From Patescibacteria group bacterium (lineage in GTDB: Bacteria > Patescibacteriota > Minisyncoccia > Phycocordibacterales > PALSA-1337), in NCBI GenBank assembly GCA_038064415.1, contig JBBTTD010000005.1, positions 2,149-66,148 on the forward strand: a DNA stretch of 64,000 bases, given 5' to 3'. Numbering within the stretch: the stretch's first letter is position 1; the number at the start of each line of letters is the position of its first letter. Below, one piece after another: positions 44,917 to 54,547 of this stretch. Both the position numbers and the translations under genes were made by a program. The notes under the pieces were generated by a model, which was given only the letters and a program-made list of their open reading frames with translations, was not told the DNA's origin and did not search any database.

Positions 44917-45523
44917 ATCCTTGAGGATTAACTATCACTTTACCATTCACGAAAAATGTGGGGGTTGAATTGACACCTAGCGTGTCTCCTTCATCACGAT
45001 CTCTCTGGATCCGAGCTTTTATTTCAGCGGAACCAAAATCTTTTTTGTATGCCGTCATATCTAAATTCAGACTTTCCGCGTATCCTTCAAAAATAGCCGA
45101 AGCGGTATTGGAATCTTGCCAGACAGTCTGATTTTCAAAAAGAAGTTTGTACATGTCCCAAAATTTACCTTGTTTGCTGGCGGCTTCCGAGGCCTGGGCG
45201 GCAAAAATTGAATTTTTGTGTGGCAGTGGAAACAGTGGGAAGTGGCGATAGACAAAACGAACCGTAGTTGATGCTTCTTTGGTTAGGCGTTCAATTATCG
45301 GATAATAGAGAGCACATGCTGGACACTGAAAATCACTATATTCAATAATAGTGACTGGAACATTGGCTGGACCAAGAATGTGGTCTGTGGAAGTTGCCTC
45401 TGAAGGAGTACCGATCCCAGGTCCGACCTTGGGTGCTTTGTTCATGGCAACAGCAAGACCCCAGACAATTAGGGCTAGAATCAATAGAAAAAATATCCAA
45501 AAAATGATGTGTTTTGTGTTCAT
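44864..45523 (-). CDS. DsbA-like thiol:disulfide oxidoreductase
   Basis: 219 aa. N-terminal TM anchor, thioredoxin-fold CPAC motif (FQCPACALY). Confidence 0.85.
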   Translation of the reverse strand: MNTKHIIFWIFFLLILALIVWGLAVAMNKAPKVGPGIGTPSEATSTDHILGPANVPVTIIEYSDFQCPACALYYPIIERLTKEASTTVRFVYRHFPLFPLPHKNSIFAAQASEAASKQGKFWDMYKLLFENQTVWQDSNTASAIFEGYAESLNLDMTAYKKDFGSAEIKARIQRDRDEGDTLGVNSTPTFFVNGKVIVNPQGYEQFKALIDATASGGAK

Positions 45524-45561
45524 GAGAGATATTGTTGCATAGAATCGCGTTATTTTCTAGG

Positions 45562-45588
45562 GCAAATCAAGGTCGGACCTTGATTTGC
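45562..45588. repeat. 27-bp perfect palindrome GCAAATCAAGGTC-G-GACCTTGATTTGC (family 1)
   Basis: 13+1+13 inverted repeat in the gap between the DsbA start and the stop of gene 45590-46144. Confidence 0.65.
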
Positions 45589-45589
45589 A

Positions 45590-46144
45590 CTAGAATAAAT
45601 TAGCAAACCAAACTAGCGCGCAAATCCCTAAAAAGTTCATGACAAATGAAATAGGGATAAGTAATGACAGGCGGGTCTTTGAAATTCCTAAAAGAGTCAA
45701 GCCCAATTCATCCGGTAATGGTGAAGCGATGATAAACGCGCCGATAATCGGAGAAAGCCATTTCATAAAACCAAGATGGAAAGAACTCAAAATATGTTTG
45801 ACAATTGAGGGCTTCAGAGAATTTTTCAAATCATCGGTAAATTTGTCACGAATAAACAAAAACAAAATTAAATCACCGCATAAAGCTCCGAGAGCTCCCC
45901 AAAAAGCAACTGTTTGCAGGGGCACACTTTCAATAATCCTAGCCAAAGCAAGAGACGACGGCGCGATCGTAAACGCGGAAGTAAAAAATATCCCAGCCAC
46001 AAAACTGGCAAACGCACCGCTTCCTAAAATATATATGAAACTATCTAAAAGCCCGCCTTGAGAAAGTAGTACGGCAATCACGATACCAGATAAAATAAAC
46101 AGTAAATCTTTTAGTAATTCGTGTCTGGCTTTAATGCGACGCAT
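45590..46144 (-). CDS. Hypothetical integral membrane protein
   Basis: 184 aa, ~5 TM helices. Confidence 0.55.
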   Translation of the reverse strand: MRRIKARHELLKDLLFILSGIVIAVLLSQGGLLDSFIYILGSGAFASFVAGIFFTSAFTIAPSSLALARIIESVPLQTVAFWGALGALCGDLILFLFIRDKFTDDLKNSLKPSIVKHILSSFHLGFMKWLSPIIGAFIIASPLPDELGLTLLGISKTRLSLLIPISFVMNFLGICALVWFANLF

Positions 46145-46171
46145 GGTTGTTAAATTATAGCAATCAACACT

Positions 46172-46561
46172 TTAATCCTGAAACTCAATTTCAAAAGGAT
46201 ACATGCCCATTCCGCAACTACCCCGAAGTATTCCAGATGTACTTGTACCAAGATTTATGTCAAAACTTCCCGATGATTGTAATAATTTACTAATACCCAT
46301 ACTTGGAATACGCACAGACGCCGAACAATCAAAAGTCCCATTGGTACTGAATCGCAAAATCGTGGGTAATCCGGATTTGGCGACGCTTTTTCGTGGTTGA
46401 TACCCTCCGCGCGCCCGAATCTCAATAATTTGTTTTCCATCTACAACGCTAACACTGTTGATCGGTGCGCCAGATTTGTCAGAAAAATTGGTCTGCGCGA
46501 GTAAAAATGCCCCACCGACAAGCGCTATCGCAATAATAATAGAGATGACTGTTGATTTCAT
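46172..46561 (-). CDS. Cupredoxin-like small copper-binding protein
   Basis: 129 aa. Signal/TM anchor; C-terminal FDCSASVRIP...GSCGMGMY resembles the cupredoxin_1 family common in copper-resistance loci. Confidence 0.6.
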   Translation of the reverse strand: MKSTVISIIIAIALVGGAFLLAQTNFSDKSGAPINSVSVVDGKQIIEIRARGGYQPRKSVAKSGLPTILRFSTNGTFDCSASVRIPSMGISKLLQSSGSFDINLGTSTSGILRGSCGMGMYPFEIEFQD

Positions 46562-46570
46562 AAGTAGTTT

Positions 46571-47599
46571 TTAGAAATTAAATATCGGAGGAATGATACC
46601 GATTATAACCAAACTATTGATAATATTGAAGATGGCGAACATAATGACCACGAGACCGGCGGTCTTGAAGAAAATCCCCGATTTTGAACTATTCTTTATG
46701 CTAAAAGAACTAAAACTAACTAAAGCCAGAACCGGTAGCGTGCCGAGCGCGAACGCCAGCATAGTTAGTCCTCCTTCAAGAAAATTTCCCGTGCCAAGAG
46801 TATAAAGTTGCATTGATTGGGTAAAACCACATGGCAAGAAAAATGTGGCGATACCCACAAGTAACGGCGTGATCGTATGGTTGAGCTTTGAAACACCATG
46901 AGCGTATTTGGCGATAAATTTTGGCATAGACGGCTGAAGTCTTTTGGCCCAATGAAATGTATCAAGAAGATTTATGCCAAGAATAAACATCACGATACCG
47001 ATTATCAAACTCAAAATAAACGTGGCGGAAGTATTGAGAGAAAACGCGGATCCAAGCGCGCCAATTATTCCACCAAAAACAAAAAACGAAACGATGCGTC
47101 CACCATGAAACATCAGTTGTGGCTTGAATTTATCTCCTTCTTTGGCGAATGTAGCGGACATGGAAAGAAGCAATCCACCGACGACAGCCATACATGTAGA
47201 CAAAGAAGCAATTATTCCAATAATAAACGCTGCTCCGTAAGTCACATTTCCCGCATCAACCAGATTTACAATGCCAAGTTTTTGCAAAAGTACAAATAGA
47301 ATCGCAAAACCCAGAGCAATTGGCACAGCAATTTTAAAATCACTCCACTTAACAATCTTTTGATGTCTTTCAATTGAAATGGTATATCCGTGAGGTTTTA
47401 AAGGTACGGTTAATCCTTTTGCAATTTGTTCCAATGTTTTAGCACCAAAATCACCCACGACTTCCACTGAATGATTCACGAAACTTGATTTAACATAGGT
47501 AATTCCCGGAAAATCTTTTAATTCACTTTCAATCATGAGCACGCAGGCATTGCAGTGCATTCCGTGAACATGGAATGTATGTGTTTTTTGTTGTGACAT
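46571..47599 (-). CDS. HMA (heavy-metal-associated) domain fused to a DsbD/CcdA-like membrane domain
   Basis: 342 aa. N-terminal GMHCNAC metal-binding motif. Membrane part with two TM cysteines (LSTCMAVVGG, FFLPCGFTQ). Confidence 0.7.
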   Translation of the reverse strand: MSQQKTHTFHVHGMHCNACVLMIESELKDFPGITYVKSSFVNHSVEVVGDFGAKTLEQIAKGLTVPLKPHGYTISIERHQKIVKWSDFKIAVPIALGFAILFVLLQKLGIVNLVDAGNVTYGAAFIIGIIASLSTCMAVVGGLLLSMSATFAKEGDKFKPQLMFHGGRIVSFFVFGGIIGALGSAFSLNTSATFILSLIIGIVMFILGINLLDTFHWAKRLQPSMPKFIAKYAHGVSKLNHTITPLLVGIATFFLPCGFTQSMQLYTLGTGNFLEGGLTMLAFALGTLPVLALVSFSSFSIKNSSKSGIFFKTAGLVVIMFAIFNIINSLVIIGIIPPIFNF

Positions 47600-47608
47600 G
47601 AGTCGTGA

Positions 47609-47857
47609 TTAACTAAGATCTTTTTTCTTAGACTCAAATTCTTCTTTGTTAATTTCTCCTTTAGCATAACGTTCCTTTAAAATATCAAGCGCGTTGGATG
47701 AATTTAGGCGTAAATGTTTGCCGCTGATCTCGCGTACAATCCAGACAATAAAAGCAATAAGTAAAATCCAGAAAGCGATCATCATAATCCCGCCCCCAAA
47801 CCAGCCCATTATATTCCCAGTATCCCATCCACCATAATTAGTATATCCGTACATCAT
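47609..47857 (-). CDS. SHOCT-domain membrane protein
   Basis: 82 aa. One TM plus C-terminal LDILKERYAKGEINKEEFESKKKDL (SHOCT pattern). Confidence 0.65.
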   Translation of the reverse strand: MMYGYTNYGGWDTGNIMGWFGGGIMMIAFWILLIAFIVWIVREISGKHLRLNSSNALDILKERYAKGEINKEEFESKKKDLS

Positions 47858-47904
47858 AGTATCTTAATCAATTGTTAATAATTATATTAGTCAATATTTA
47901 GCTA

Positions 47905-48885
47905 TTATATCGCACATCCACTCTGTTGTCGTGTTGGAGCGGGTGCTGATTGTACACCTTCTACACCACATCCACTACCACTTGTTGTTGAACTGCTCGG
48001 AGTGCTGACTTGTGATGCAATGCGAGCATAACCAGATGCGCTTGAATAGTTTACCCCGAGCATTTCCCGCAGGTTTACATCTTTCCATCCAACTCCATTG
48101 TTTTTCATATACATAGCAATCGTCATATAGGTATCTGGAAACCAGTAGGAATTCACCGCCAGAGCCGTCTTCCACATATCCTGCTCGCCCACTCCTTGCG
48201 AAGCCATTAGTTCAAGAAGTCCCAGCATAGCCATACCATGATTACAATCGGGAAAATGAACAGAGTTTCCACAACATGGTCGATATATGCCATGGGATAC
48301 TTTTTCCACTAATGCCTGCTGATCCTCGGTCAGAGTGAAGAATGTGTGGTAACTGTAATGATCCATAGCATTACCTTGTGCCAGTGTCCAGCCACCTGTT
48401 GAAGCAAAGTTTTGTGCCCCGCCGTATTTTGGATCCATCATTTCCCCTTTTTCAAGAATAGGACTTTTTTGCGAGAGACCCAGCGCCCAAAAGAGGTTAA
48501 GTAAAACGCCAGCATTATCACGAGTGATGATGAGCTTTCCAGTCGTAGTGCCGAATAATAATCTCTGGTATTCGTCAGTGAATGCGCCACGATTGGCATA
48601 CAGCGCCTTGAAATCAGCACCCCGAATGGCCCCGGCTTTTATAAGATTTTGCCCCATAATGTCCCATGATACGGGCAAAATTACGCCGCCGGATGGGATT
48701 ATTGATTCTTCAAGTGCCAAAATACGAGCGTCCTGAGTCACAGAATCTTTTGTAATATCAACCGATGATTTTTGAAACTGACGGTTTGAAAAATTGTTGT
48801 AGACCAATGCAATAGCGACAATTGCGCCAGCAATGATAATCGCTAGAGGCAATGGAGATTTGAGTCCTTGAATTTGTTGTTCCAT
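47905..48885 (-). CDS. Membrane-anchored Cys-rich hypothetical protein
   Basis: 326 aa. N-terminal TM. RPCCGNSVHFPDCNHGMAM cysteine cluster. Thr/Ser-rich C-terminal tail. Confidence 0.55.
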   Translation of the reverse strand: MEQQIQGLKSPLPLAIIIAGAIVAIALVYNNFSNRQFQKSSVDITKDSVTQDARILALEESIIPSGGVILPVSWDIMGQNLIKAGAIRGADFKALYANRGAFTDEYQRLLFGTTTGKLIITRDNAGVLLNLFWALGLSQKSPILEKGEMMDPKYGGAQNFASTGGWTLAQGNAMDHYSYHTFFTLTEDQQALVEKVSHGIYRPCCGNSVHFPDCNHGMAMLGLLELMASQGVGEQDMWKTALAVNSYWFPDTYMTIAMYMKNNGVGWKDVNLREMLGVNYSSASGYARIASQVSTPSSSTTSGSGCGVEGVQSAPAPTRQQSGCAI

Positions 48886-48892
48886 ATATTTT

Positions 48893-49453
48893 TTATTCTT
48901 TACAACAGTCTGCTAACTTCTTCATGATTTCTTCCAAGCTATCACTTTGCTTGTTGACACTGCTGACCCCCATCGAATTGCCAGTCGCCTTCTGAATGTC
49001 CACTTCTTCTGTTACCTTCTTCACGCCAATAAGCTTCAATTTGAGCGCCCAGAAAATAGTATAGGTCTTGTAGGCTTTCTCAAATGTCTGACGAGCAAGT
49101 TTTTTCTTATTTTCTGATTGTAGTTTATTTCCCACTTCAATCAATCGCATGGTAACAGCCAAAAGGTGTTTGGACGCGCACCATGTCTCCCCTTCATGGT
49201 TGGGCATAAGCTGCGCGAGCAATTCTTTACGCAGATTGCGCACCTCTTGTGCCGTGTCAAAGTATTCTTCTTTTTTTGTCTTGACGCCAGTAAAGAAGAA
49301 GTGCTCCTCAAGTGAGATCAGGTTCATGACGGCAATGCTTAAGTCTTCGGTAGTTGAAAGATCAACACCGCCTTCTTTTCTGGCTAATTCTATTTTTGTC
49401 ATAAATTCTTCAAGTGACTCGAGGTCCGACCTTGGAATGTTTTGTGATTTCAT
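48893..49453 (-). CDS. Hypothetical cytoplasmic protein (N-terminus encoded by a family-1 palindrome)
   Basis: 186 aa. Codons 6-12 (IPRSDLE) are encoded by CCAAGGTCGGACCTCGAG at 49419-49436. Confidence 0.5.
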   Translation of the reverse strand: MKSQNIPRSDLESLEEFMTKIELARKEGGVDLSTTEDLSIAVMNLISLEEHFFFTGVKTKKEEYFDTAQEVRNLRKELLAQLMPNHEGETWCASKHLLAVTMRLIEVGNKLQSENKKKLARQTFEKAYKTYTIFWALKLKLIGVKKVTEEVDIQKATGNSMGVSSVNKQSDSLEEIMKKLADCCKE

Positions 49454-49463
49454 GTTTATTAAG

Positions 49464-50243
49464 CTAGATGAATAATACTAAGATCCCAATAATGACCATA
49501 ACGACACCGGCATAGAGATGAACATTCTTCATGTTCGTCTGTTTCCATTCTGTGACTTTGCCGATGAGTGCGGGATTGGCGGCAATCCAGAGAGTTGCCA
49601 CGAGCGGAACTATCAGAATAACATTGTACAGAATAAGGTAACCAAATCCTCTGAAATAAGTCACCTGATCATGCAGAAGTCCGATTACCATGAGGTATGG
49701 ACCGCCCATGCACGGGAACTGACAGAGACCGACGAGAAGACCAAGCACGAAGGCGGCTGGCAGTGATACGGTATTGATGAGCTTACCCATCGATCGATGC
49801 GCCGCATCGGGAATTTTGAGTTTGATCGGGAATCTTGGAAAGATCGCACCGAGAAGATTGAGTAGTCCGAAGATGATGAGTAGTGCCGCGCCGAGTTTGC
49901 CCATGAAGTGCGGAACATTGAAGATGTGGATGACCTGCAATAGACCGATACCGATGGTGAAGTACGCGACGAATATACCGGCAATGTAGAGTCCACCGAT
50001 CTGCAAAATTTTTCCTCTGGTCATTTGCAAACCAAACAAGAATGCGATGGTGATGAGAAGAATGGAGAACGAGCATGGATGAACACTGTCCAGTACGGAC
50101 GAAAATAGGACCAGTGGTAAGAGCCAGGAGCCACCTTGCGAGATAGCCCAAATCATCTCAGCTGTGCCGGGTGCGTATTTGAGTACCACGATAGCGAGGA
50201 TGGTTAGAACAGCTATGGTGGCTATAATAATAAGTTTTTTCAT
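49464..50243 (-). CDS. ccdA: Cytochrome c biogenesis protein CcdA / DsbD transmembrane-domain family
   Basis: 259 aa, 6 TM, two TM cysteines in VHPCSFSIL and FPCMGGP. Confidence 0.8.
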   Translation of the reverse strand: MKKLIIIATIAVLTILAIVVLKYAPGTAEMIWAISQGGSWLLPLVLFSSVLDSVHPCSFSILLITIAFLFGLQMTRGKILQIGGLYIAGIFVAYFTIGIGLLQVIHIFNVPHFMGKLGAALLIIFGLLNLLGAIFPRFPIKLKIPDAAHRSMGKLINTVSLPAAFVLGLLVGLCQFPCMGGPYLMVIGLLHDQVTYFRGFGYLILYNVILIVPLVATLWIAANPALIGKVTEWKQTNMKNVHLYAGVVMVIIGILVLFI

Positions 50244-50247
50244 GTGG

Positions 50248-50760
50248 TTATGGAGTTACAAGTGCTTTAATCTCCAACTGAATCGTGCCACCAGCCGTAT
50301 CGGTAAGCGTGACAAAGCGATCAATAGCCCCTACTCCAGCTGGACCATGAGCATTGGGATCATAGACAACGCGGATAATACGACTTTCTTTAGATTTGAT
50401 GATTTCATTTGCCGGAGGAACATATCCCATGCCCGGCATCTTAAACGGACCCTTGGTAGTGCCGTCTGGTTCAACGATGAATGCAGAAGTACACATGCAA
50501 GAAGTCAGCACGGTTGCAACGGTAATATCTTTATCCGTAAGATTGGTCACGGTGAATTCCTTGGTGACATCATTGTTCTTCATAGAGATAGTACCAAAAT
50601 CATAGAATATTTCTGGAGCCGTAAGCAGACTTTTGGTGCCATTTTGTTCTATACCTTGAACAGACGCGGTAGTACTGGCGCTTTTTTTGTAACTCAAAAC
50701 AAGAAGGTAGCTGATAACAGTAAATACAAGTAGAGTAATGATAATTGTTTTTGGTTTCAT
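50248..50760 (-). CDS. DUF1573-domain membrane-anchored protein
   Basis: 170 aa. N-terminal TM. VLTSCMCTSAFIVEP resembles the DUF1573 (PapD-like) TSCGCT motif. Confidence 0.65.
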   Translation of the reverse strand: MKPKTIIITLLVFTVISYLLVLSYKKSASTTASVQGIEQNGTKSLLTAPEIFYDFGTISMKNNDVTKEFTVTNLTDKDITVATVLTSCMCTSAFIVEPDGTTKGPFKMPGMGYVPPANEIIKSKESRIIRVVYDPNAHGPAGVGAIDRFVTLTDTAGGTIQLEIKALVTP

Positions 50761-50835
50761 TTTAGTAAGAATTAAAGATTGTGAATAATAGAACTAGGAA
50801 TAAACACAAAAACTTACGATTAAACGTAAGCGTTA

Positions 50836-50915
50836 GCCGCGCTCGCAGGCGGCGACAGTTCTCCCGACTTGAGCAAAGCGAAGGGAGAATCCTGTCGCGC
50901 CGAGAGGGCGCGGTT
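50836..50915. repeat. GC-rich hairpin repeat element (family 4), copy B
   Basis: GCCGCGCTCGCAGGCGGCGACAGTTCTCCC-loop-GGGAGAATCCTGTCGCGCCGAGAGGGCGCGG; imperfect long palindrome, about 85% identical to the reverse complement of 43430-43516. Confidence 0.6.
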
Positions 50916-51349
50916 TAATTCATCGACGGACTGTTTTCAAAAAGAGAAAGCCAACGAGTTAATTTTCTGCTCCGTAAACCAATAGACGGAGAATCGTATA
51001 GAATACGAGCAACCGCTGGTGGTCCGAGTAACGGCGAACTTATCAAAATAAATAACGCGGCGCAAACTGCAAAAAGTAAAGAAACGATTAACGCTGTTAA
51101 ACCTGAACCAACGGGCATATTAAGAAATGATTGATAGGCGGAAATATGGTGGATCGCCACGGCAACTGTATCTTGTGGACAGATTGATTGACCAACTACT
51201 GAAAAAGGACAATCACCCTCCATTCGTCCATCTGGTCCCCGCGTCATCACCGCAAAACTAAAAATCGCGACCGTAAGGAACGATGTGAGGACAAGCACGG
51301 TGATGATTTTTTTGGATAAAAAAGATGACATGTAGATTAATGACAACAA
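50915..51349 (-). CDS. Hypothetical membrane protein
   Basis: 144 aa, 2-3 TM, CPFS...CPQD cysteine pair. Confidence 0.5.
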   Translation of the reverse strand: MLSLIYMSSFLSKKIITVLVLTSFLTVAIFSFAVMTRGPDGRMEGDCPFSVVGQSICPQDTVAVAIHHISAYQSFLNMPVGSGLTALIVSLLFAVCAALFILISSPLLGPPAVARILYDSPSIGLRSRKLTRWLSLFENSPSMN

Positions 51350-51723
51350 TTATTGTGATTCTCTTTATTTTTTTGATTATCTATGTTTTGATTATCTGAA
51401 TTATGATCATGTCTTGTTCGCAACATCCTGAAAAGATACACAAGGAGAAAGACGCCAACCAACCCGACACCAATCCAACTATAACCCATAGATTTAAAAA
51501 ACTCAATGCCACCAAACAGAACAACAACCGGTAATAAACAACAAATAACCATCATCCACATCGTGCCTTTGTGTCCGCTGTCTTTATTATTACTGTCATT
51601 ATTATGATCGTGCATGTGATTTTGATTATTGATTATAGAATCTCTCCCTTCTTTTCTAGAATCATGTGATGAATCGTCCCGATACCAGCCCAAATCGCAA
51701 TGAGAATAAGAATCCCGGCGCAA
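51337..51723 (-). CDS. Small His-rich membrane protein (DUF2933-like, MVICCLLP motif); start probably internal
   Basis: His/Asn/Asp-rich termini flanking a 2-TM core with CC motif. Overlaps ORF 51633-51854 unless translation starts at Met 37 or Met 55. Confidence 0.45.
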   Translation of the reverse strand: MRRDSYSHCDLGWYRDDSSHDSRKEGRDSIINNQNHMHDHNNDSNNKDSGHKGTMWMMVICCLLPVVVLFGGIEFFKSMGYSWIGVGLVGVFLLVYLFRMLRTRHDHNSDNQNIDNQKNKENHNNCCH

Positions 51724-51854
51724 AGCAAAGCATCTAATTTTGTGACCCCGAATACAAGGTTATCAGCACCGCCGACGATCGTCGCCACAAATGTAACCAC
51801 TCCAGCAAAACCCACAACAACGCTTATGATATGTAATATTTTTGATATTTTCAT
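51633..51854 (-). CDS. Small 2-TM membrane protein
   Basis: 73-aa hydrophobic ORF directly downstream of copA. Confidence 0.4.
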   Translation of the reverse strand: MKISKILHIISVVVGFAGVVTFVATIVGGADNLVFGVTKLDALLCAGILILIAIWAGIGTIHHMILEKKGEIL

Positions 51855-51894
51855 AAAATTGTTAGTTATTTTTGTTAATAAATGCGTGACTTAT

Positions 51895-54267
51895 TTATAA
51901 TTTCTTACTTTTAATTCGAAGGGAATTCCCGACAACCGACACCGATGACATAGCCATTGCAAACCCGGCGATTACTGGACTGAGTAGCCAGCCGAAGAAT
52001 GGGAAAAACACTCCGGTCGCAAGCGGAATACCGACAATATTATAAATAAACGCCCAGAATAAATTCTGTTTAATTCCTCGCATAGTCATCTTTGAAAGCT
52101 TGATTGCCTTCACAAGCTTTGAAATGTCACCGCCAAGCAAAGTGATTCCAGCTGATTCAATTGCCACATCCGTACCAGTCCCCATTGCGACACCGACATC
52201 GGCTTGCGCGAGCGCCGGTGCGTCATTCACCCCATCACCAGCCATAGCTACGATATGACCTCGCGATTGAAGCATTTTTATTTTCGCCAATTTATCTTGC
52301 GGAAGGACATGGGCAACGACATCATCAATACCAACAAGCGCGGCCATGTGTTTCGCGGCTTTTTCGTCATCGCCAGTAAGCATAACCACTTTAATACCGA
52401 GCTTGTGAAGATTGGCAACAGCCTGTTTAGATTCAACCTTTATTTCATCGGCGACCATAACAAAACCGAGCACTTTCTCTTTAGTCGCAAGAATAACCGG
52501 AGTTTTACCTTGCGCGGTAAATTGCTCAATCTTCGTGGAATCAAATGATAGCCCGAGATCTTTTATAAGCTTGGTATTACCAACATAATATTCAATGTTT
52601 TTAATTGACCCTTTCAGCCCTTTTCCTTGAATGGCTTCAAAACTTGAAACATCTTCCGCGACGATGCTCTTTTCTTGCGCATAATTAACAACCGCGTGAG
52701 CAATTGGATGTTCCGACATTTTTTCAAGTGAGGCCAGAATAGATATGAATTCTGATTCCCCAAGTCCAAGGTCCGACCTTGGACTGATTTCAATATTAAC
52801 GAGAGTCGGTCGTCCAATCGTAATCGTCCCAGTTTTATCAACAATAACCGTATCAACTTTATGAAGTTTCTCTAAAGTCGCCGCGTCCTTGATTAAAATT
52901 CCTTCTTTGGCGCCTTTACCAACTCCAACAATGATCGCGGTTGGCGTGGCAAGTCCTAGCGCGCATGGGCAAGCGATAACCAAAACACCCACAAATGAGA
53001 CTAGCCCAAAAGATAGTGCTTGCGAAAATCCAAGTGAACCGATACCAATAAGTAACCACAAACCCAGAGTAAGAAACGCGATGACTAAAACAATTGGCAC
53101 AAAAACACTTGAAATTTTATCCGCCAGAGCTTGAATTGGAGCTTTGCTTCCCTGCGCCTCTTCTACCATTTTTATTATTTGAGCAAGCAAGGTCTCTGAT
53201 CCGATTTTGGTAGCCCTAAATTTGAAATACCCACTCGTATTTATCGTACCGGCAACTATATTGTCTCCAATTTTCTTTTTAGCTGGCATCGGTTCGCCCG
53301 TCACCATTGACTCATCTACAAAAGATGAACCATCAGTAATTATTCCATCAACGGGAATTTTTGCGCCCGGCTTTATGACGATAATATCGCCATGTTTAAC
53401 ATCATTTACGGAAATCTCCATTTCTTTACCATCACGAATAACTAATGCTGTCTTTGCCTGTAAATTTAGCAACTTTTCTATAGCATCACCGGTCCTAAGT
53501 TTAGATCGTGCTTCCAAATATTTCCCAAGTGCGATAAAAGTAATGACAATGATCGTCACGTCATAGTAAGTATTTTCAATATTTATGAATGATTTAAGCG
53601 TATCTCCAAACGCGCTTATTGAAAGACTGTAAAGATATGCGGAAACAGTACCGATACCAATCAGAGTATCCATGTTTGCTTTACCATATCGCAAAAAACG
53701 GTAGAATCCGAGAAGGTACGGTTTGCCAACGACAAATAGCACATAAGTTGCCATCAGAGGCATCGCAAAATCAAAAAACTCTTTGACCACGCCACCCATT
53801 TCCAAAATAATGTCGTATCCCGCTAAGATGCTCCACCCCATGACAAAAACACTGATCACCGCTAACGGAATCGCGGAGATTACTTTTGCTTTCATGTCTT
53901 TAATTTCAGCGAGTTTTTCTTGCTTTGATTGACTAAGGCCTAAATGGGTCGCGTGTTCATCCGCGGACATGCCCATTTGTTCAGCTGACATCTGCATTTT
54001 ATTGGCATTGGCGGTTGTAGATCTAGATAAAGTCTTAACTATTGAATCATTCGTGTTTGGAATAATAAGTGAGTACCCAAACTTCTCAATTTTCCGCGAG
54101 AGATCGGTCGGATTTGTTTTTGACTCATCAAATGCCACCTTTGCCGTCTCGGTCCCATAATTGACTTCAATGGAATGAACGCCATCAATTTTTTTGAAAG
54201 TCTTTTCAATGATACTGGCGCATGAAGCGCAGTGCATTCCTTTTATTCTGTAAGTTTTGGTATTCAT
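51895..54267 (-). CDS. copA: Copper-translocating P1B-type ATPase
   Basis: 790 aa. N-terminal HMA (GMHCASC), CPC in TM6 (IACPCALGLATP), DKTGTIT, HP, GDGVNDAPAL. Confidence 0.93.
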   Translation of the reverse strand: MNTKTYRIKGMHCASCASIIEKTFKKIDGVHSIEVNYGTETAKVAFDESKTNPTDLSRKIEKFGYSLIIPNTNDSIVKTLSRSTTANANKMQMSAEQMGMSADEHATHLGLSQSKQEKLAEIKDMKAKVISAIPLAVISVFVMGWSILAGYDIILEMGGVVKEFFDFAMPLMATYVLFVVGKPYLLGFYRFLRYGKANMDTLIGIGTVSAYLYSLSISAFGDTLKSFINIENTYYDVTIIVITFIALGKYLEARSKLRTGDAIEKLLNLQAKTALVIRDGKEMEISVNDVKHGDIIVIKPGAKIPVDGIITDGSSFVDESMVTGEPMPAKKKIGDNIVAGTINTSGYFKFRATKIGSETLLAQIIKMVEEAQGSKAPIQALADKISSVFVPIVLVIAFLTLGLWLLIGIGSLGFSQALSFGLVSFVGVLVIACPCALGLATPTAIIVGVGKGAKEGILIKDAATLEKLHKVDTVIVDKTGTITIGRPTLVNIEISPRSDLGLGESEFISILASLEKMSEHPIAHAVVNYAQEKSIVAEDVSSFEAIQGKGLKGSIKNIEYYVGNTKLIKDLGLSFDSTKIEQFTAQGKTPVILATKEKVLGFVMVADEIKVESKQAVANLHKLGIKVVMLTGDDEKAAKHMAALVGIDDVVAHVLPQDKLAKIKMLQSRGHIVAMAGDGVNDAPALAQADVGVAMGTGTDVAIESAGITLLGGDISKLVKAIKLSKMTMRGIKQNLFWAFIYNIVGIPLATGVFFPFFGWLLSPVIAGFAMAMSSVSVVGNSLRIKSKKL
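52763..52785. repeat. 23-bp perfect palindrome AGTCCAAGGTC-C-GACCTTGGACT (family 1) inside copA, translated as SPRSDLGLG
   Basis: 11+1+11 inverted repeat within the copA ORF, between the DKTGT and HP motifs. Confidence 0.7.
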
Positions 54268-54272
54268 ATATT

Positions 54273-54542
54273 TTATTTTCGCTTCAGCCGATAGACTTTA
54301 AGAATCTCCCCGACGGCAGTTTTGTGTCTGCCTTTTTTTATCTGGTGAACGACACAAGTATCCAAATGATTTTCCATGAGAGAATCTTCAATTCCGGAAA
54401 GGGCCTGCTTCACTGCTGATGTCTGCGTAATGACATCTATGCAATAAGTGCCTTCCGCGATCATTTTTTGTAATCCACGAACTTGTCCTTCCACGAGCTT
54501 GAGTCTGCGAACTAGTTGTCTTTTATTTTTGTTCATACACAC
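54273..54542 (-). CDS. csoR: CsoR/RcnR-family metal-sensing transcriptional repressor
   Basis: 89 aa. Helical DUF156 pattern with conserved Cys/His (GTYCIDV...HLDTCVVH). Immediately upstream of copA. Confidence 0.82.
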   Translation of the reverse strand: MCMNKNKRQLVRRLKLVEGQVRGLQKMIAEGTYCIDVITQTSAVKQALSGIEDSLMENHLDTCVVHQIKKGRHKTAVGEILKVYRLKRK

Positions 54543-54547
54543 ATCAT

